DNA of 62,531 nucleotides, counting the filler, from Sphacelaria rigidula (Eukaryota), in NCBI GenBank assembly GCA_964200075.2. It is 10 parts of 10 records of this genome, joined end to end, with 100 filler letters (N's around TTAATTAATTAA, not from the genome) between each part and the next. Parts side by side here need not be neighbours in the genome. Positions count along the whole stretch, not along the records: positions 6,265 to 12,427 come from CAXNAA020021819.1; positions 12,528 to 18,690 come from CAXNAA020021820.1; positions 18,791 to 24,953 come from CAXNAA020021821.1; 7 more parts are not named here. One strand, given 5' to 3'. Shown here in pieces: positions 11,111 to 23,447 of this stretch (its first letter is position 1; each line of letters begins with the position of its first letter). The notes beneath the pieces were generated by a model that was given only the letters and a program-made list of their open reading frames with translations, made no database searches and had not been told where the DNA came from. The position numbers were made by a program, and so were the translations under genes.

Positions 11111-11768
11111 CTGCCCGATCAATGACCCAAGTACACCAGCACGGGGGGGCAGGGGAGAGGTGTATATGTGTGCTCAATGTGTAAGCTTGACGGAGTATAG
11201 ATGTGCATAGGGGATGACTGCTGAGCAGAGAAACACACACTGTGATGCCTGCTCAGCTACGTTCCACAACAAGCTGGGAAAGGCATTTCTTGATCAAATG
11301 GTCCATCAAACTTCATACATTCTCTGCGCCCCAGTAATCTCACAGTAACGCCAACAATGCCCACTACGATTAGGACGGAAGGTTGCGTGTTCAAATTCCG
11401 ACATGTAAACACACATGAATATATGCATATAGTCCTCTAACGAGCAGAAAATGTTCTCAGGCTTTGAAGGCGTGGGTGCGTAGGTAGCGAAATAAACTCT
11501 GGCAACAACAGTGGACGGGTGCGGGAGAATCGATAGTCAAAATCCAATCCGTGAAATGAGACTGCCAGGCATGTACTGTGCCCCGGGCGAGAGGGGTCGA
11601 TCCTTCGAGGCTACGTCCTCTTTCCGCATCGTTCCGAGTCGTTTCGGAAAGAGGAGGGGTAAAACGTATCAAACCCTACGCAAATAATGACTATTTATTT
11701 AGTCGAATATTTGTGTAGCTGCGCAGTTTCGGGGCGACAGTTGCTGCCCAATTCTATATGGATGGTTG

Positions 11769-11915
11769 TTGGTCACGCGCCTTTTTCGGGTGAGCCTTGG
11801 GTGCTAGCAGCATAGGTTTTCCATTTGACAGTCGTCTTGGATGGCTGTTAGTCACGCGCCTTTTTCGGGTGAGCGCTGGGTGCTAGCAGCACAGGTTTTC
11901 CATTCGGCAGTCGTC
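11769..11915. repeat. Tandem duplication of about 79 bp
   Basis: GTCACGCGCCTTTTTCGGGTGAGC..TGGGTGCTAGCAGCA.AGGTTTTCCATT.G.CAGTCGTCT occurs twice. Confidence 0.85.
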
Positions 11916-12597
11916 TACAGGCGACTAATCGTACAGGTTTCTCATCAAGTACTCGTCCACGGGCGACTAGTGGCATGCGTTCCTTACTCGGTAATCGCCT
12001 GCAGGCAACTAGGCAGTCGTTGTCTACAGCAGGCGATTGATCAGTCGCACACTTTGTTTTGTAGCAAGCTCCCAAGGACTACTACTAGCCCAACGCTGCC
12101 GTCCAGCCATCGTCTACACTAGCTAATTAATTGCTTCCTCACATTTAGCAGCACAGCTTGAAAGGGTACAGCTACAGGCCTCCAGCTGAAAAAACAGTTG
12201 TCTACGGGCTAGTACATGCCCAACAAAAAATGGGGACCGAGGCAAAATTTATATCTGAGCTGTTTAGGCCTGATTTCCGACACCACTTATCATCTCGATG
12301 CGCTTTATGTATGGCGATTTCTTCGCGACAATTATTTTTCCCTCCTTTTCTTCGGGGGGGGGGGGGGGGGGGGGGGGGGGGTTCCTTTTTTTTTTTTCTT
12401 TTTCGTTTTTCCATTTGCCACCCCTCCNNNNNNNNNNNNNNNNNNNNNNNNNNNNNNNNNNNNNNNNNNNNTTAATTAATTAANNNNNNNNNNNNNNNNN
12501 NNNNNNNNNNNNNNNNNNNNNNNNNNNGGTACGGTCCTCTGAGCACGCGGTCCTCTCACGCAATACAACATAACCATTAAAATCTTGCGTTTGTCAC

Positions 12598-12882
12598 CTG
12601 GAAACCTTCTGTAAAAACAGCACGGACTCCCGGCACAATGCCCTGCGGGCAAATTCCTCGAACGCGGCGGCGGCCTCCGGCACCGCAGCCACGTGTTCGT
12701 ACGTCCAAATCCCGTCGATCACTTCAGCCGGCCACTGTCGCCCCTGCCGCTCCTGCTGCTCCTGCAGCCCTAGCCTCCGCTGTGGCGTTACTGCAGGTGC
12801 TGCAGCAACAGTTGTCGCTATTTCCTCGGTTTCCTTCCCGTGCTCGATTTCTTGTTGGGATTCATCCTGGGTATCTTCATAT
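12598..12882 (-). CDS. Exon of transmembrane-RGS protein: linker and start of RGS domain
   Basis: GGGCAG acceptor, GTGACA donor, phase 2-2. WTYEHVAAVPEAAAAFEEFARRALCRESVLFLQKVSR fits RGS helices 2-4 (F..F......E.l.F). Confidence 0.8.
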
Positions 12883-13277
12883 CTGCCCAAAATTATGTAA
12901 CGGTTTCGGCACCAGGTCGCGCGGATTTCGTGAGCTCCAGTTGACGCCGTGGGGGAGGGGGAAGCTAGTCTATTGACAATAAATATGGTCGTTGTTCGTG
13001 TGAGGGATAAGGCTGTTGACCACGTAAAAGGCGACGGAGTTGTTGTGCTCACGCCTCCCTTCGCTTTCGTTTGTTATGGTGATAGCAGGCAGTGTCTTAC
13101 CACATCATCTTTCGATTGAAAACGTGCGGTGGAAAACAAAAAGTTGGATATGATACGTCGTTTACCCGCCGAGCATTTGAATTCCACGTACCACAACCAA
13201 CCGAGTGTTGATACCGAGCAATAATACGGTACGGGAGCACTTTTTGCGCAAAATATTGTCTGGTTCAGAGGCTCCTA

Positions 13278-13655
13278 CACACGCGGCCATTCGGCTACCC
13301 CCATAAAACCCTATATCGTGATTTTCATCCTCTCGAGGGTAAAATACCCTCTAGAAGGTATTTCATCCCCAGCCGCAGTCACGAGCGAATCCTCTGGAGG
13401 GCATCTGATGCTCCAGTGACTCCTGAGGTCTGAATCCCTCGAGAGTAACAAAAAGATGGTCCTCTGGAGAGCCGCGCATCCTCCAGATTCCTCCAGAGGG
13501 TGCGCGGCCCTCCAGAGGCAAAAGAAGTCTCCGCAGGAGTTTGATCCCACCCCTCTGGAGGGTCGCGCATCCTCTAGAGGCGTTTAATCCCTCTGGAAGG
13601 TCGAAAAGTTGACCGAATCAGAGTATTTTTGGGGGTAGCCGAGTGGCCGCGTGTG
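13278..13655. mobile_element. MITE with ~30-bp TIRs and TA target duplication (Tc1/mariner-like signature)
   Basis: TA|CACACGCGGCCATTCGGCTACCCCCATAAAA ... TTTTTGGGGGTAGCCGAGTGGCCGCGTGTG|TA. The interior is filled with CCTCTGGAG-type motifs. Confidence 0.88.
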
Positions 13656-14033
13656 TAACGATTCCAGATGCACAAGGATATGGGTCAGGGCGTCCCCGTT
13701 TGAAAATTTCATTCGGGATATCCCCAGCATACCGGAATAGAAATCCTGGCGAACTCTCACTTATTTTGTAAGTCTTGTTTTGGATGATATACAGAGCTCC
13801 CACCCATCCTAACCTTAGAAAGTGTTTGTCACCCCTACCGTAGCATTACTCCACCATGGCCGCACCAGGGAGGTTCATTGATTGCGATGCGAAGCATTTT
13901 CACTTTGTGAATGGCCCCCTGTTATAGGGTGACAGTTCTGACGGTTGTCCTACTTTGCTGGTCAAGGCATATTGATGTTGGACTGGCTGTGTCCATGTTG
14001 TGAAGGCGGGGGTTCTTTTTCGTTCCGCTGTCA

Positions 14034-14234
14034 TGCGTGAGAGGACCGCGTGCTCAGAGGGCCGGGCCGTAGTCCGAAACATCTCAGGATCGACGTTTTT
14101 TAAAATCAATCGGGTCAGTACCTGGAGGTATCACGCCCCTAACCCTAACACTAACACTAACCCTAACCCTAACCCTAACCATAGGGGTGTTTAAATTCCA
14201 ACGCGGTCCTCTAAGCACGCGGTCCTCTCACGCA
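14034..14234. mobile_element. 201-bp MITE with ~31-bp TIRs and internal (CCCTAA)n; the end of another copy is at 12532-12562
   Basis: TGCGTGAGAGGACCGCGTGCTCAGAGGGCCG ... CGGTCCTCTAAGCACGCGGTCCTCTCACGCA. Flanks are TCA and TTA. Telomeric hexamers at 14137-14180. Confidence 0.85.
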
Positions 14235-14235
14235 T

Positions 14236-15185
14236 TACAGTTGGTGGAAAAGTGGGAAACAGTACAGATGGCAGCGGCTAGGAAAATACTTGGATGCTCG
14301 AAAACGACACGCAATACAGTTTTGAGCGCAGAGTTGGTAATTAACTCACTTAAAATGGAGACACGGGGAAATCTTGCAGGCAATATAGCGTAAAGAATAC
14401 GCAGATAATGATTTGCCAGCTACAGTTGATAGGGCTGTATGAAAGAAAAGTGCGAAAGGGAAAGCTGGGGTGAGGTGGGATCAAGGAGTCGAGAAAGTAT
14501 GGAAGGAGATAGGAGGAAACCAAGGCGGAATACTGTCCATGGATGAAGGTGCGGGGTACGAGACGAAAGTGAGATATATGATCGAAATAAGGGGAAAAGA
14601 AGCGCTCAGATGCGAAGTAGACGAGGAAGAACACCTGGAGATACACGGGGGGTTGGTAGAGGGCAGAGGGATAAAATATTTTTTCATGGCCCAATGGACG
14701 CTGCGAAAAATATAAAACTGCGATTTCGGACGGGGGACCTGGCCCTGCCAGAAAGAAGAAAGAGATTCACCAACCGTCGGAAGGAGGAGGAAGTAGATGC
14801 ACAGAATTGCCCCTGTGGCGAAGCGATAGAGTGCAAAAGTCATATAGTGGGAAAATGTGAACTATACAAGGAGGAACAGGACGTGCTGGAGGGGGAAATA
14901 CGGGACGTAAAAAAAGATGGCATGTATGCGTTGGATGCATTGCACTATAGCGAGAAAACGATGGCTATACCAGGAGATATATGGTGGCCACAGACGGCGG
15001 AAGAGGACGGGGATAAGATATGTAACAGGTTTTGTGCAATGTTTGGAAGAAAAGTAATGAGCGCCGGAATGTTGAAGGTGTCTCTATTAGGAGTAGGAAA
15101 GATGCTCCGTCTCGAAAGGGATGCGCCGTCAATGACCAAATGACTAAGGCAAACGGCGAATGAGTACGCCCCCTGCCCCCCTCCC
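14236..15185 (+). mobile_element. 3' part of a LINE ORF2 (post-RT region, Cys/His knuckle) with C-rich 3' end, antisense within the RGS intron
   Basis: ETVQMAAARKILGCSKTT; KLRFRTGDLAL; CPCGEAIECKSHIVGKCELY. Frameshifted. Ends ATGAGTACGCCCCTGCCCCCTCCC. Confidence 0.85.
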
Positions 15186-15986
15186 GTAGTATCTCTTAAC
15201 AGTGCGCAAGGGGATCAAAAGAGATCAGATTCTGTCCCGAAACGTTTTTTATTATTACGGCGCTAGCCGCTTCTAAAAACTTCGTGAACACGATGTATGG
15301 AAAGGTGAGATGAGAAACACCGAAGAGGGACATAACGCACGAATAGCGATAGGAAAATTGTGATTGGCAAAGCTGGATCAACAGTCGAAAGCTGATGTAC
15401 TCCTTCTCTCTTATGTTGATTTTGTCCTTCGTTGGTGCTCATGCGATGCTCCGTGATTGTGCACTTGGATCCGCTCTGTGTCACTCACTGTGTCCTCGGG
15501 CTTGATCACTTCCGTAGTTTATTCCTTCTCTGTTTATTTCTCCATTCATCTCTCCATTTCTTCATATCTCTCTTTCACCCTCTCTCTCTTTCTACGTGTC
15601 TTCATCTCTTTTCTTCCCGAGATATGCGAGTCGCAGTTTGGCCCCTTACTTCGGAAGGTTCATGGGTGCGAGCTTACACCCAAAATAGTGCGGCGGGAAC
15701 GGGGAAACTCCGACATGTTCCCTCGGCGTTCCCTTCTGTTTAGATATGAATGCCTATCCCTTCGCGCGAGATTTTTTCCCGCCTGATTTTTTGTGTCACG
15801 TCTTGTCGTCGTTGTTTCCAGTCTACTCTGTTTTCTGTTTCGGCTTTATTGAACTCTTCTTCAGCGAGATCCCTCCCCATTTTGTTCATCTTGGGTACGT
15901 CTTCCTCATGACTCGTCACGACGGGGTCCCCCGGGGACCCGTTAATACACGACAATCGATCAATAACTCAAAATGGAGGCGCTTAC

Positions 15987-16085
15987 CGAGATACGAACAG
16001 CTTCCGTCTATCCAGCACGTTAGCGGCCACTTCCCTAGAAGGTCCGTGTTGAGAGAAGGTGAGGCGCCTCAGCGGCTCTGCCATC
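15987..16085 (-). CDS. Exon of transmembrane-RGS protein
   Basis: GCAG acceptor, GTAAGC donor, 99 bp, phase 2-2. Encodes MAEPLRRLTFSQHGPSREVAANVLDRRKLFVSR and joins both neighbouring exons in frame. Confidence 0.7.
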
Positions 16086-17053
16086 CTGCTTTGACGCAAG
16101 ACCCCACACCACACCGCAACACACAACGATACGACGCAATTGGACAGCGGACCATCACTCTGTGTAAACTTCATCACGAAATATTTGCAGGTCACCAGGC
16201 AGTTCTCTTCCTGCAATTGTCAGACGGTGGCCGAATGGGGGAGGTTTCCGTTTCCCGGAGACATTCCGCTCTTGTAAGGATTTTGGTGAACAGTAAATGT
16301 GCCGCTAACTAACAGTCGACAGTAACGAATAGTGCTGCTTGTACTGGCTGTTTTTCTGCGAACTCCATGACACGGTCGGTCTTGGAGGTGCGTATCGAAG
16401 GGGGAGAAAACAAGGAATGGTTATCCGCCAAAAGGAGGGCTACCTACCCCTTGAACACAGCGCAAACTGCGAAAAACAGCAAACGTCACTAGGGAGGGAA
16501 CAGCATGATGAGATCATGATGCAGCACGAGAGCGCTTAACACAACAAAACCGTCATCATATCGGATTCGAGTGAACCGTACAAAGGGCCTCAGCGCAGTA
16601 GAAACTATTACGTTTGAGCAGTCTACGTATGCACGAGGTGTGGGGCACGGGGGGTGTGGGTGAATCGAGATACAAACACTCCCAGAATAAGCGGTAGATG
16701 CGGGTGTAGTACAACAATGAACACGGAGCAAGTCGCCGTTATGTGCGAAATGCGGCTGGTCAAGCGACGAGAGGTCCGTGGATAAACGTGAATTCTACAC
16801 GACGAGAGACTTAAAATGACGTATGCCCACATTTTCGTTGTCGTCTCCAACATTATCTCCATCCCCCGTTCCAACACACACCCATTTCCGAGGAACGTGC
16901 ACCATCGGTGATTCCTTCGGGCAGAATTCATATTCCGCTCCGTCAATGTTGTGGAAGAATCGAAATGACATGGGAGGTATAAAGCCTCCAATCACATCTA
17001 ATCCCCCTCCACGGCCCCTTCCTCTCCGGATATATTAAAGAGGATGTTCTTAC

Positions 17054-17156
17054 GTGAAGAGAAACGCCACCAGGGCGGAAATGAACAGCAAGTTGTAGCT
17101 GTTCAAAGCGCGGATCACCGGTCGAGGGCAGGTCACCTCGGCCACTTTGACGGCGA
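17054..17156 (-). CDS. Exon of transmembrane-RGS protein (hydrophobic helix)
   Basis: Polypyrimidine tract plus ACAG acceptor, GTAAGA donor. Encodes AVKVAEVTCPRPVIRALNSYNLLFISALVAFLFT. Confidence 0.7.
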
Positions 17157-17732
17157 CTGTCGCCGAAAACAAGGGTGGGAAGAGGAAGCAAACATGGAAA
17201 CAACCATGGGATACACATGAGAAAGGGCGCGCGCGAGAAATGAAACAACAATCGAGGGGTGCGGCTTGCAAGCCGGGGATATATATATATATATATATGT
17301 ATCGGGTGCCAGAAGAAGCGTAGAGCAATTTTCATCTACGTATCTCAACATCGATGTATTACTGAGCTATCAAAGTGTGTTCACTGGAATCCTGGACGAT
17401 TGCGCACAAGGTGCCATGATATGATTAAAAAAAACATTTCTGTGTGTATCGATATGCCCAGACACCTCATGCACATCAGATCAGCCCTAGAAAATAAATC
17501 GCCGATACATACAAACCAATAAACTATCGACAAAGCGAAAAAAGTATCATCGCAGAAAACCGTACACACGTGCAGAGAAACGATAGGCGCAGAGAAAGAG
17601 AGGGGGAGGGAGAAAATGGAAACAGCATTAGGAAGACCTAACAATCAAGAATCATCCAGCGAATGCCTGTCGGCGAAAAATACGCGAGTCGCGAACCACG
17701 TATACACGACGGGACGAGAAACTGTGATTGAA

Positions 17733-17733
<1 letters not shown>

Positions 17734-17769
<36 letters not shown>
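17734..17769. repeat. (ATTG)n microsatellite
   Basis: About 9 perfect ATTG units. Confidence 0.95.
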
Positions 17770-17770
<1 letters not shown>

Positions 17771-18601
17771 CGCAATCTAACTGACCCCCCAGGGGTCCAG
17801 CCGTGGTTTTATGATAGACGTACCCAAGATAAACGAAACTGAATCACGCTCTGAGAAACAAAAGAAGGAACAGAAAAGAACAGAAGGAACAGAGAAAAAA
17901 AGGGTCGAACAAAACGACGTAGCAGATTAAGTCGTGACATAAAAGAAAAGTAATAGAAAAGTCCACAAAAGCAAAGCACAGGAAGGAGTGGCCAACTTGA
18001 AACAAGAAAATATACTTATGCTCAAAGCTTACATGAATATAACGAGCAAGGGGGCTGATCGAGGTTGCCCGCACCAAATTGTTCTCGGTTAGGACGCCAT
18101 AATCGTGATTCAATTCATAGAATCATTCCAACGTACAAATCGTACGATTCATACATCATCTGTAATTAGTACAGCTTTTCAGCTCGAGCGCCGTGTAGTG
18201 TATGTCTAGGGTACCTGTTTACTACCTTCCGTGAATACCGGGGTAAATCATGGGCACATACTCATCCCCTGCACTGCAATTTGAATGAATCGGTTGTACA
18301 TGCCACGCACTTCTTACCATCATGAGGGGGGAACGCCATGTACAACCTGCTTAACCGAGTCGTTCGAGGTGAGCGTCCGTACATGTTTTCCACCTTCGAG
18401 CTAATGCAGGATCAACAATTCATACAGATTGAATCTTGTCATTTCATGGACCCTGAATCACGCGTACTTTCTCCCAGCTGTGATGCGCGCAAGATGCCTG
18501 TGCTGCATATGTGTTATCCACCCTCGAGTCAGAGGGACCAACAATTCATACAGGTTCAACACAGCACCACGAGCCCCGATATTCTTTCTGCAGAGCCGGT
18601 T

Positions 18602-18671
18602 GCCCCGGTGGCTCAGTTGGTAACCTCGTGACCTTCTGATGGTTGAGGTGTGGGGTTCGATTCCCGGAGCG
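18602..18671 (+). mobile_element. tRNA-derived SINE head or tRNA pseudogene
   Basis: A box TGGCTCAGTTGG, B box GGTTCGATTCC, acceptor-like GCCCCGG/CCGGAGC. The D stem is broken. Confidence 0.55.
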
Positions 18672-21600
18672 ATCTACGATTTTTTCTTACNNNNNNNNNN
18701 NNNNNNNNNNNNNNNNNNNNNNNNNNNNNNNNNNTTAATTAATTAANNNNNNNNNNNNNNNNNNNNNNNNNNNNNNNNNNNNNNNNNNNNAAACTCATTA
18801 AAATGTTGAACCTCAAAAACGGATCCAGGCTGTTATACCGTTTTCACTGTAGGGTTCGAGGTCACACGCAGATGCACGTCCATGGCAGTGGATGCAGGTG
18901 CAGAGGATATGACTATTGACTACTGCCTGCACTACGGTACTACACGCGAAGGCTTCACTTCGTTCACTGTGTGTGTTCCTGCTGTGTACTACTGCCTGCA
19001 CTCCGATACGACGCGTGAAGGCTTTACTTTGTTTGAAAACATCGATAACGGGCAGCTGATTAAAAAAATGTGGGCTCCCGAAATAAAAAAAACAACGCGG
19101 GATCGGTCGTGATAAAAGGTCACGGTGGAAACAAAGATCCACCTATGTAGGTGGATATACTTTTTGCGAGTATACCACACCCTCAGGGTATATCTGTATT
19201 ATGTGGGCAGAGTTTTGGTCTACGGATTGTTCGCTTCGGGGACGTTTGACCCACCCACCTTTTGACCCCCAAGCCAAGAAAACCGCCAACACACGTCTCC
19301 GACACGTTGCATCACCCCACAGAGAGGAGCCTAGTCTGCTTTTCAGATTCGCTTGGCTCCGAGGTTCGAAATTGGCCGCGGAACAAAAGTTTGTTCGCAA
19401 AAATCTGTGCTTGCCGACCCCCGCCAGTTTGGGATGGGAATATATGAAACCTCCGATCGATATATTCAGCGGGTGACGATGATTTTTGGTGTGTACATTT
19501 TATAGAGCACGGAGATACGATAGATACCCTCACGTTTACCTTATTCGTAATCTGTCTAGTTCGCTCGCGGTCGGAATCTTGCATCGCCCGACAGCTGCCG
19601 CGATCCCTGAGATATGCCGTGTCGAAATGGACGCATCGGCACGCATGTGCGGGCGGTGATTATTGTGTACCATGTATTATGGTTTGGCGTGTACTCTGTC
19701 AACATTCGGTTCAACTATAGCTACCAAATACCCAAGGGCTTTGAGCCAGTTCTTTTGACGTTTTGACCCACCTTCGTCAACTTCTCTGCAGTCGTAATTG
19801 CTCCGACGTTTTCTTTTTTCGTACGATCTCCGGACTTTCTGTTGGGTACGTTGTCGATCGCCTCAAGGGGTGGGGTGTTCCGCGAGACGCGCGAGGGCAG
19901 AGGCCAGCCGGCTTCAGTCAACGGCATGGTGGCGGGTGAAGCCTGCTGTTGTTTATGAAGCGGATGGAAAGAAGAGTGGCGAAGAGGAAACTGGCGGCAG
20001 AGGGGTGGACACCAGTCGTGAGTCGAAGCGATCACCAGCGCAAGCCGGTATTACGATGCGCACAAAAATCTGAGGTTGAGCTATCGAGTACTGGTCACAG
20101 GCATACAAGCATATGTACAGCATCGATCGAAACTCCCTTGATGATTTACGCAGACGTAGGGGCAAATACACGCCAAAACACTCATCACGGATGGACAATG
20201 CAAGTTCGGGTTCAAATCTGCACTTTTGTTGTGTTCACTTCGCGGCGCAAATGTTGTTTCAACACCGTCCTACGTATATGGATTATACTTGGGCAGGTTG
20301 CATCACCAGTGTTGCTCGGCAATGTTCCTCATGATGAGGACTGAAGGCAACAGTATGCACGAGACAGTTGCAACAACAGCTTGTCTCGTCCGTATCGTCG
20401 TGTATGTCACGGCCCGTATCTCGCTGCGACCTTCCCGTTTGCAAACACAAACAGCGTACAGGCGAACTCGGGTACACCCGCTCGTTCCGTGGCGTACCTG
20501 CACATCGCCCCTGAAGAGTAGAGCTTGAAGATACCCTAAGTGCAGGTGCTTCCGCGAGACGAAAAAAACATGATAACCGCACATCACCCACCCCGCCTCT
20601 CCCGACATATATATATATCATCCCACCTATATCACACCTCACAGTCGTTCCCTCAAGGTGGGAGGTCACAGCAATCGGATGCGAATACAGCGGAGTTCAC
20701 GGTGGTGAGTAAGAACCAGCCTTGCTCCGGTTGCTGGATGCACACTCGCTGGAGCGGGCTTGCACAGTCTTGAACTTTGATTTGAACTTATTGTAATGGT
20801 CTTCCGAGTCGGCCTACTTCAGACTTCCGGTATTTCATTCGAAAAGACAAACGTGGTTTGTGAAAACAAACTACCTCGCCCCTCTTGAGCGGTACAACAG
20901 GGTCTGCCTGCACTGTATCGAGTCGCTGGTGAGGCCGCTCCTTTTAACAGACGAAAACAAAACCCTGAAAACGTTGCTCACCTCCCGCAGATAGGGGTAA
21001 CTCAAAGTGAAATAAAATATATTCGCGGCAATCGGGATTATGGACGAGCGTTTGAAAATCGCCGCTGAGCAAAAATCGAGGACCCACCTGAAATCAGGGC
21101 AAGGACTATCGAATGGGGGCATGCGCTGTATGACTGTGCTGTAGCACAAACACACTCATGGTCTGTCTTGTGTGTTGTAGGTGTCGCTGCGCTGTGGCGT
21201 CTTCAGGCCTTTGTGGAGATGGTTTGATCTTCGCTGGGAGTGCCTGACTTGCTTGAAATATTGTCGGCACGCAGTGCTCTCTACACACAGTTGAAACTTC
21301 ATGGTATGTTGGCTGTTTCATCTCGAGTCAAAGGAATAAGGCGCTCCCCAAACCCATCACCTTCCCCCTCAGATGGGGTTCGTAAAATATCTCTGGAGGG
21401 ATTCGAAAAGTCTGGTGGGCTTTGCGGGCTTCATAAAATATCTGCCTCTGTTCCTTGCTCCCTGTGTCCCGATGACTTCAGGCATGGGAAAAATTCAAAA
21501 GAGCTTCTACATTCATTTTTGCATTTTTTTCGTGTTTCTAGTGGGGTTTTGGGGAGAAACGAACGTTGCTCTTGGGCCTATCTCCATGTTTTGGCTCAAT

Positions 21601-21959
21601 TTTTAGAAATGTGATTTGAAACTTGGCACAGAGAACCACGAAAGTGTTGCGAATAAAAAAACAAGTGGGCCGAGGGGCCCCATTTCGGGAAATCCATGAG
21701 CCACCCCCTCTCTCGCCGCACAAACCTCATTATGGGGTGGAAGGGTGAGGCGGGGGGGGGAGAGGGGGGAGGACCTGAATCTATGTGTGTTGGCGTACCT
21801 CCTGATCGCTGGATGATACCCGATAGTAGTTTCTCCACTGCACCGCACGTGTATTAATCTCACGTTCATTACATTTGATTACTTGGAGTTAGTATAGGCG
21901 GTGGCTCATGGATTTCCCCATATGGGGCCCCTCGAGTGGGCCTTCATTTTTCAAGTTTT

Positions 21960-23447
21960 TTTCGTAGAGGTTAGGTTGTTCTCGTGAAGAAATGGTCTTC
22001 CCCATACTAGAACGCCCTAAACCTGTGATTTTTTTCTTTTTAAAACTGACCCGCTTTGTTCTCTTGATTTCGCCTTGGAGAGCGCCCACGCAACATTTCA
22101 ATAAACGAAAACCAAACGTCGGCCGGTGAGTGGCCTTCGGAATACTGTTCCGAATTGCGACCGACTCTATTTTCTGAAGGCCCATGCTCCCGCCAATATT
22201 TAGAGTTGGACCCTGAAATTTGGTATGCACAACGAATGGGGCATGAAACAAAATTACCCCGGTGCCAAAATAGTTTTCTTAACAGTCCAGGGCAATAATC
22301 TGTTTTTAGGTATCAGGAAAATGCCTCAACTCATGAAAAAACAAATTGGTACCGAGGCCATTATTTTTTTCATGCCCTTTTCATTGTAAATGCCAGATTT
22401 TAGGGTCCAGCTCTAGATATTGGCGGGAGCATGGGCCTGCAAACTTCAAATCCGCCTCTAGGCTGGCAGAGCTCGTAAGAGGCGGCCTGAGTGGCGTGCT
22501 CGAGTAGGTCGGAGCATATCGCAAGACGGTCAACCGCAAACGTTGCGGGATATATGACTGACGCAATCCCGAGCCCAACCGCCGACACTGCTGCTGTACG
22601 AGCTGGGCCAGCCTAAAAACGGATTTGAGCTGTAAAACTAATATCTCATCGACACAGACGAGTTGGGCCGTGACCCGCATATCGTATCAATCGTCCAATC
22701 AAGGGCAAGGTGCCCGTCTGCTCAAAACTTTGGGCCCATATTTTCTCGTCGATCAAACCCCATGCCTGGTAATTCCTATACCTAAGGGGGATAGCGCCAA
22801 TACTAGAATCTATATGAAACTCCCGATCAATGTATTTCGCGGATGACGACGAATTTTGGTGTGGAGAACCACAAAAGAGTGCCGAATAAAAAAGAAATTG
22901 ACCTTAATTTATTTTTTGTAGAGGTTAAGGCGTTCTCGTGAAGAAATGGTCTTTACCGTAGTAGAGCGCCCTAAACCAATGAAGAAAATGAAAAGAAAAA
23001 ACCCGACTCCCTTTGTTCTCAAAATTATGCGCTCAGAGAGCGCCCAACCGAAATTTCAATACACGAACATCAAACATAGGCCAGTGAGTGGCTTGCGAAA
23101 TACTGTTCCGAGTTTCTACCGACCCGGCTTTTTGAAGGTCCATGCTCCCGCCAATATTTAGGGTTGGAAATTGAAATTTGGTATGGACAGTGCATAGGGC
23201 ATGGGAAAAAAAATTACATCGGCACCAATTTTTATTTTTCATTTCTTCATGAGGTGAGGGCAATAATGAGTTTTCAGGTATCAGTAAAATGTCCTTAACT
23301 CATGAAAACAAACACTAACAACTTTTGGTGCCGACGCAATACGTTTTTTCACGCCCTAGTCATTGTCCATTCCAAATTTCACGGTCCAACTCTAAGTATT
23401 GGCGGGAGCATGTGCCTGCAAACTTCAAATCCGCCTCTACGCTGGCC
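21960..23447. repeat. Two direct copies (about 21960-22465 and 22915-23447) of a ~500-bp repeat, each containing a ~260-280-bp foldback
   Basis: GTAGAGGTTA.G..GTTCTCGTGAAGAAATGGTCTT starts both copies. Arms CATGCTCCCGCCAATATTTAG.GTTGGA... and ...TCCA.CTCTA..TATTGGCGGGAGCATG. Confidence 0.88.

Noticed and set aside
14137..14180. True chromosome end
   Set aside because: Short, internal and enclosed by MITE TIRs.
16623..16792. Extra exon of the RGS gene (IHVYPRTSRR...)
   Set aside because: The acceptor phase fits, but there is no convincing donor before a stop and the flanking exons already join in frame.
18602..18671. Functional tRNA-Gln(CTG)
   Set aside because: The D stem cannot form and the T and acceptor stems are mismatched; kept only as a SINE head or pseudogene.
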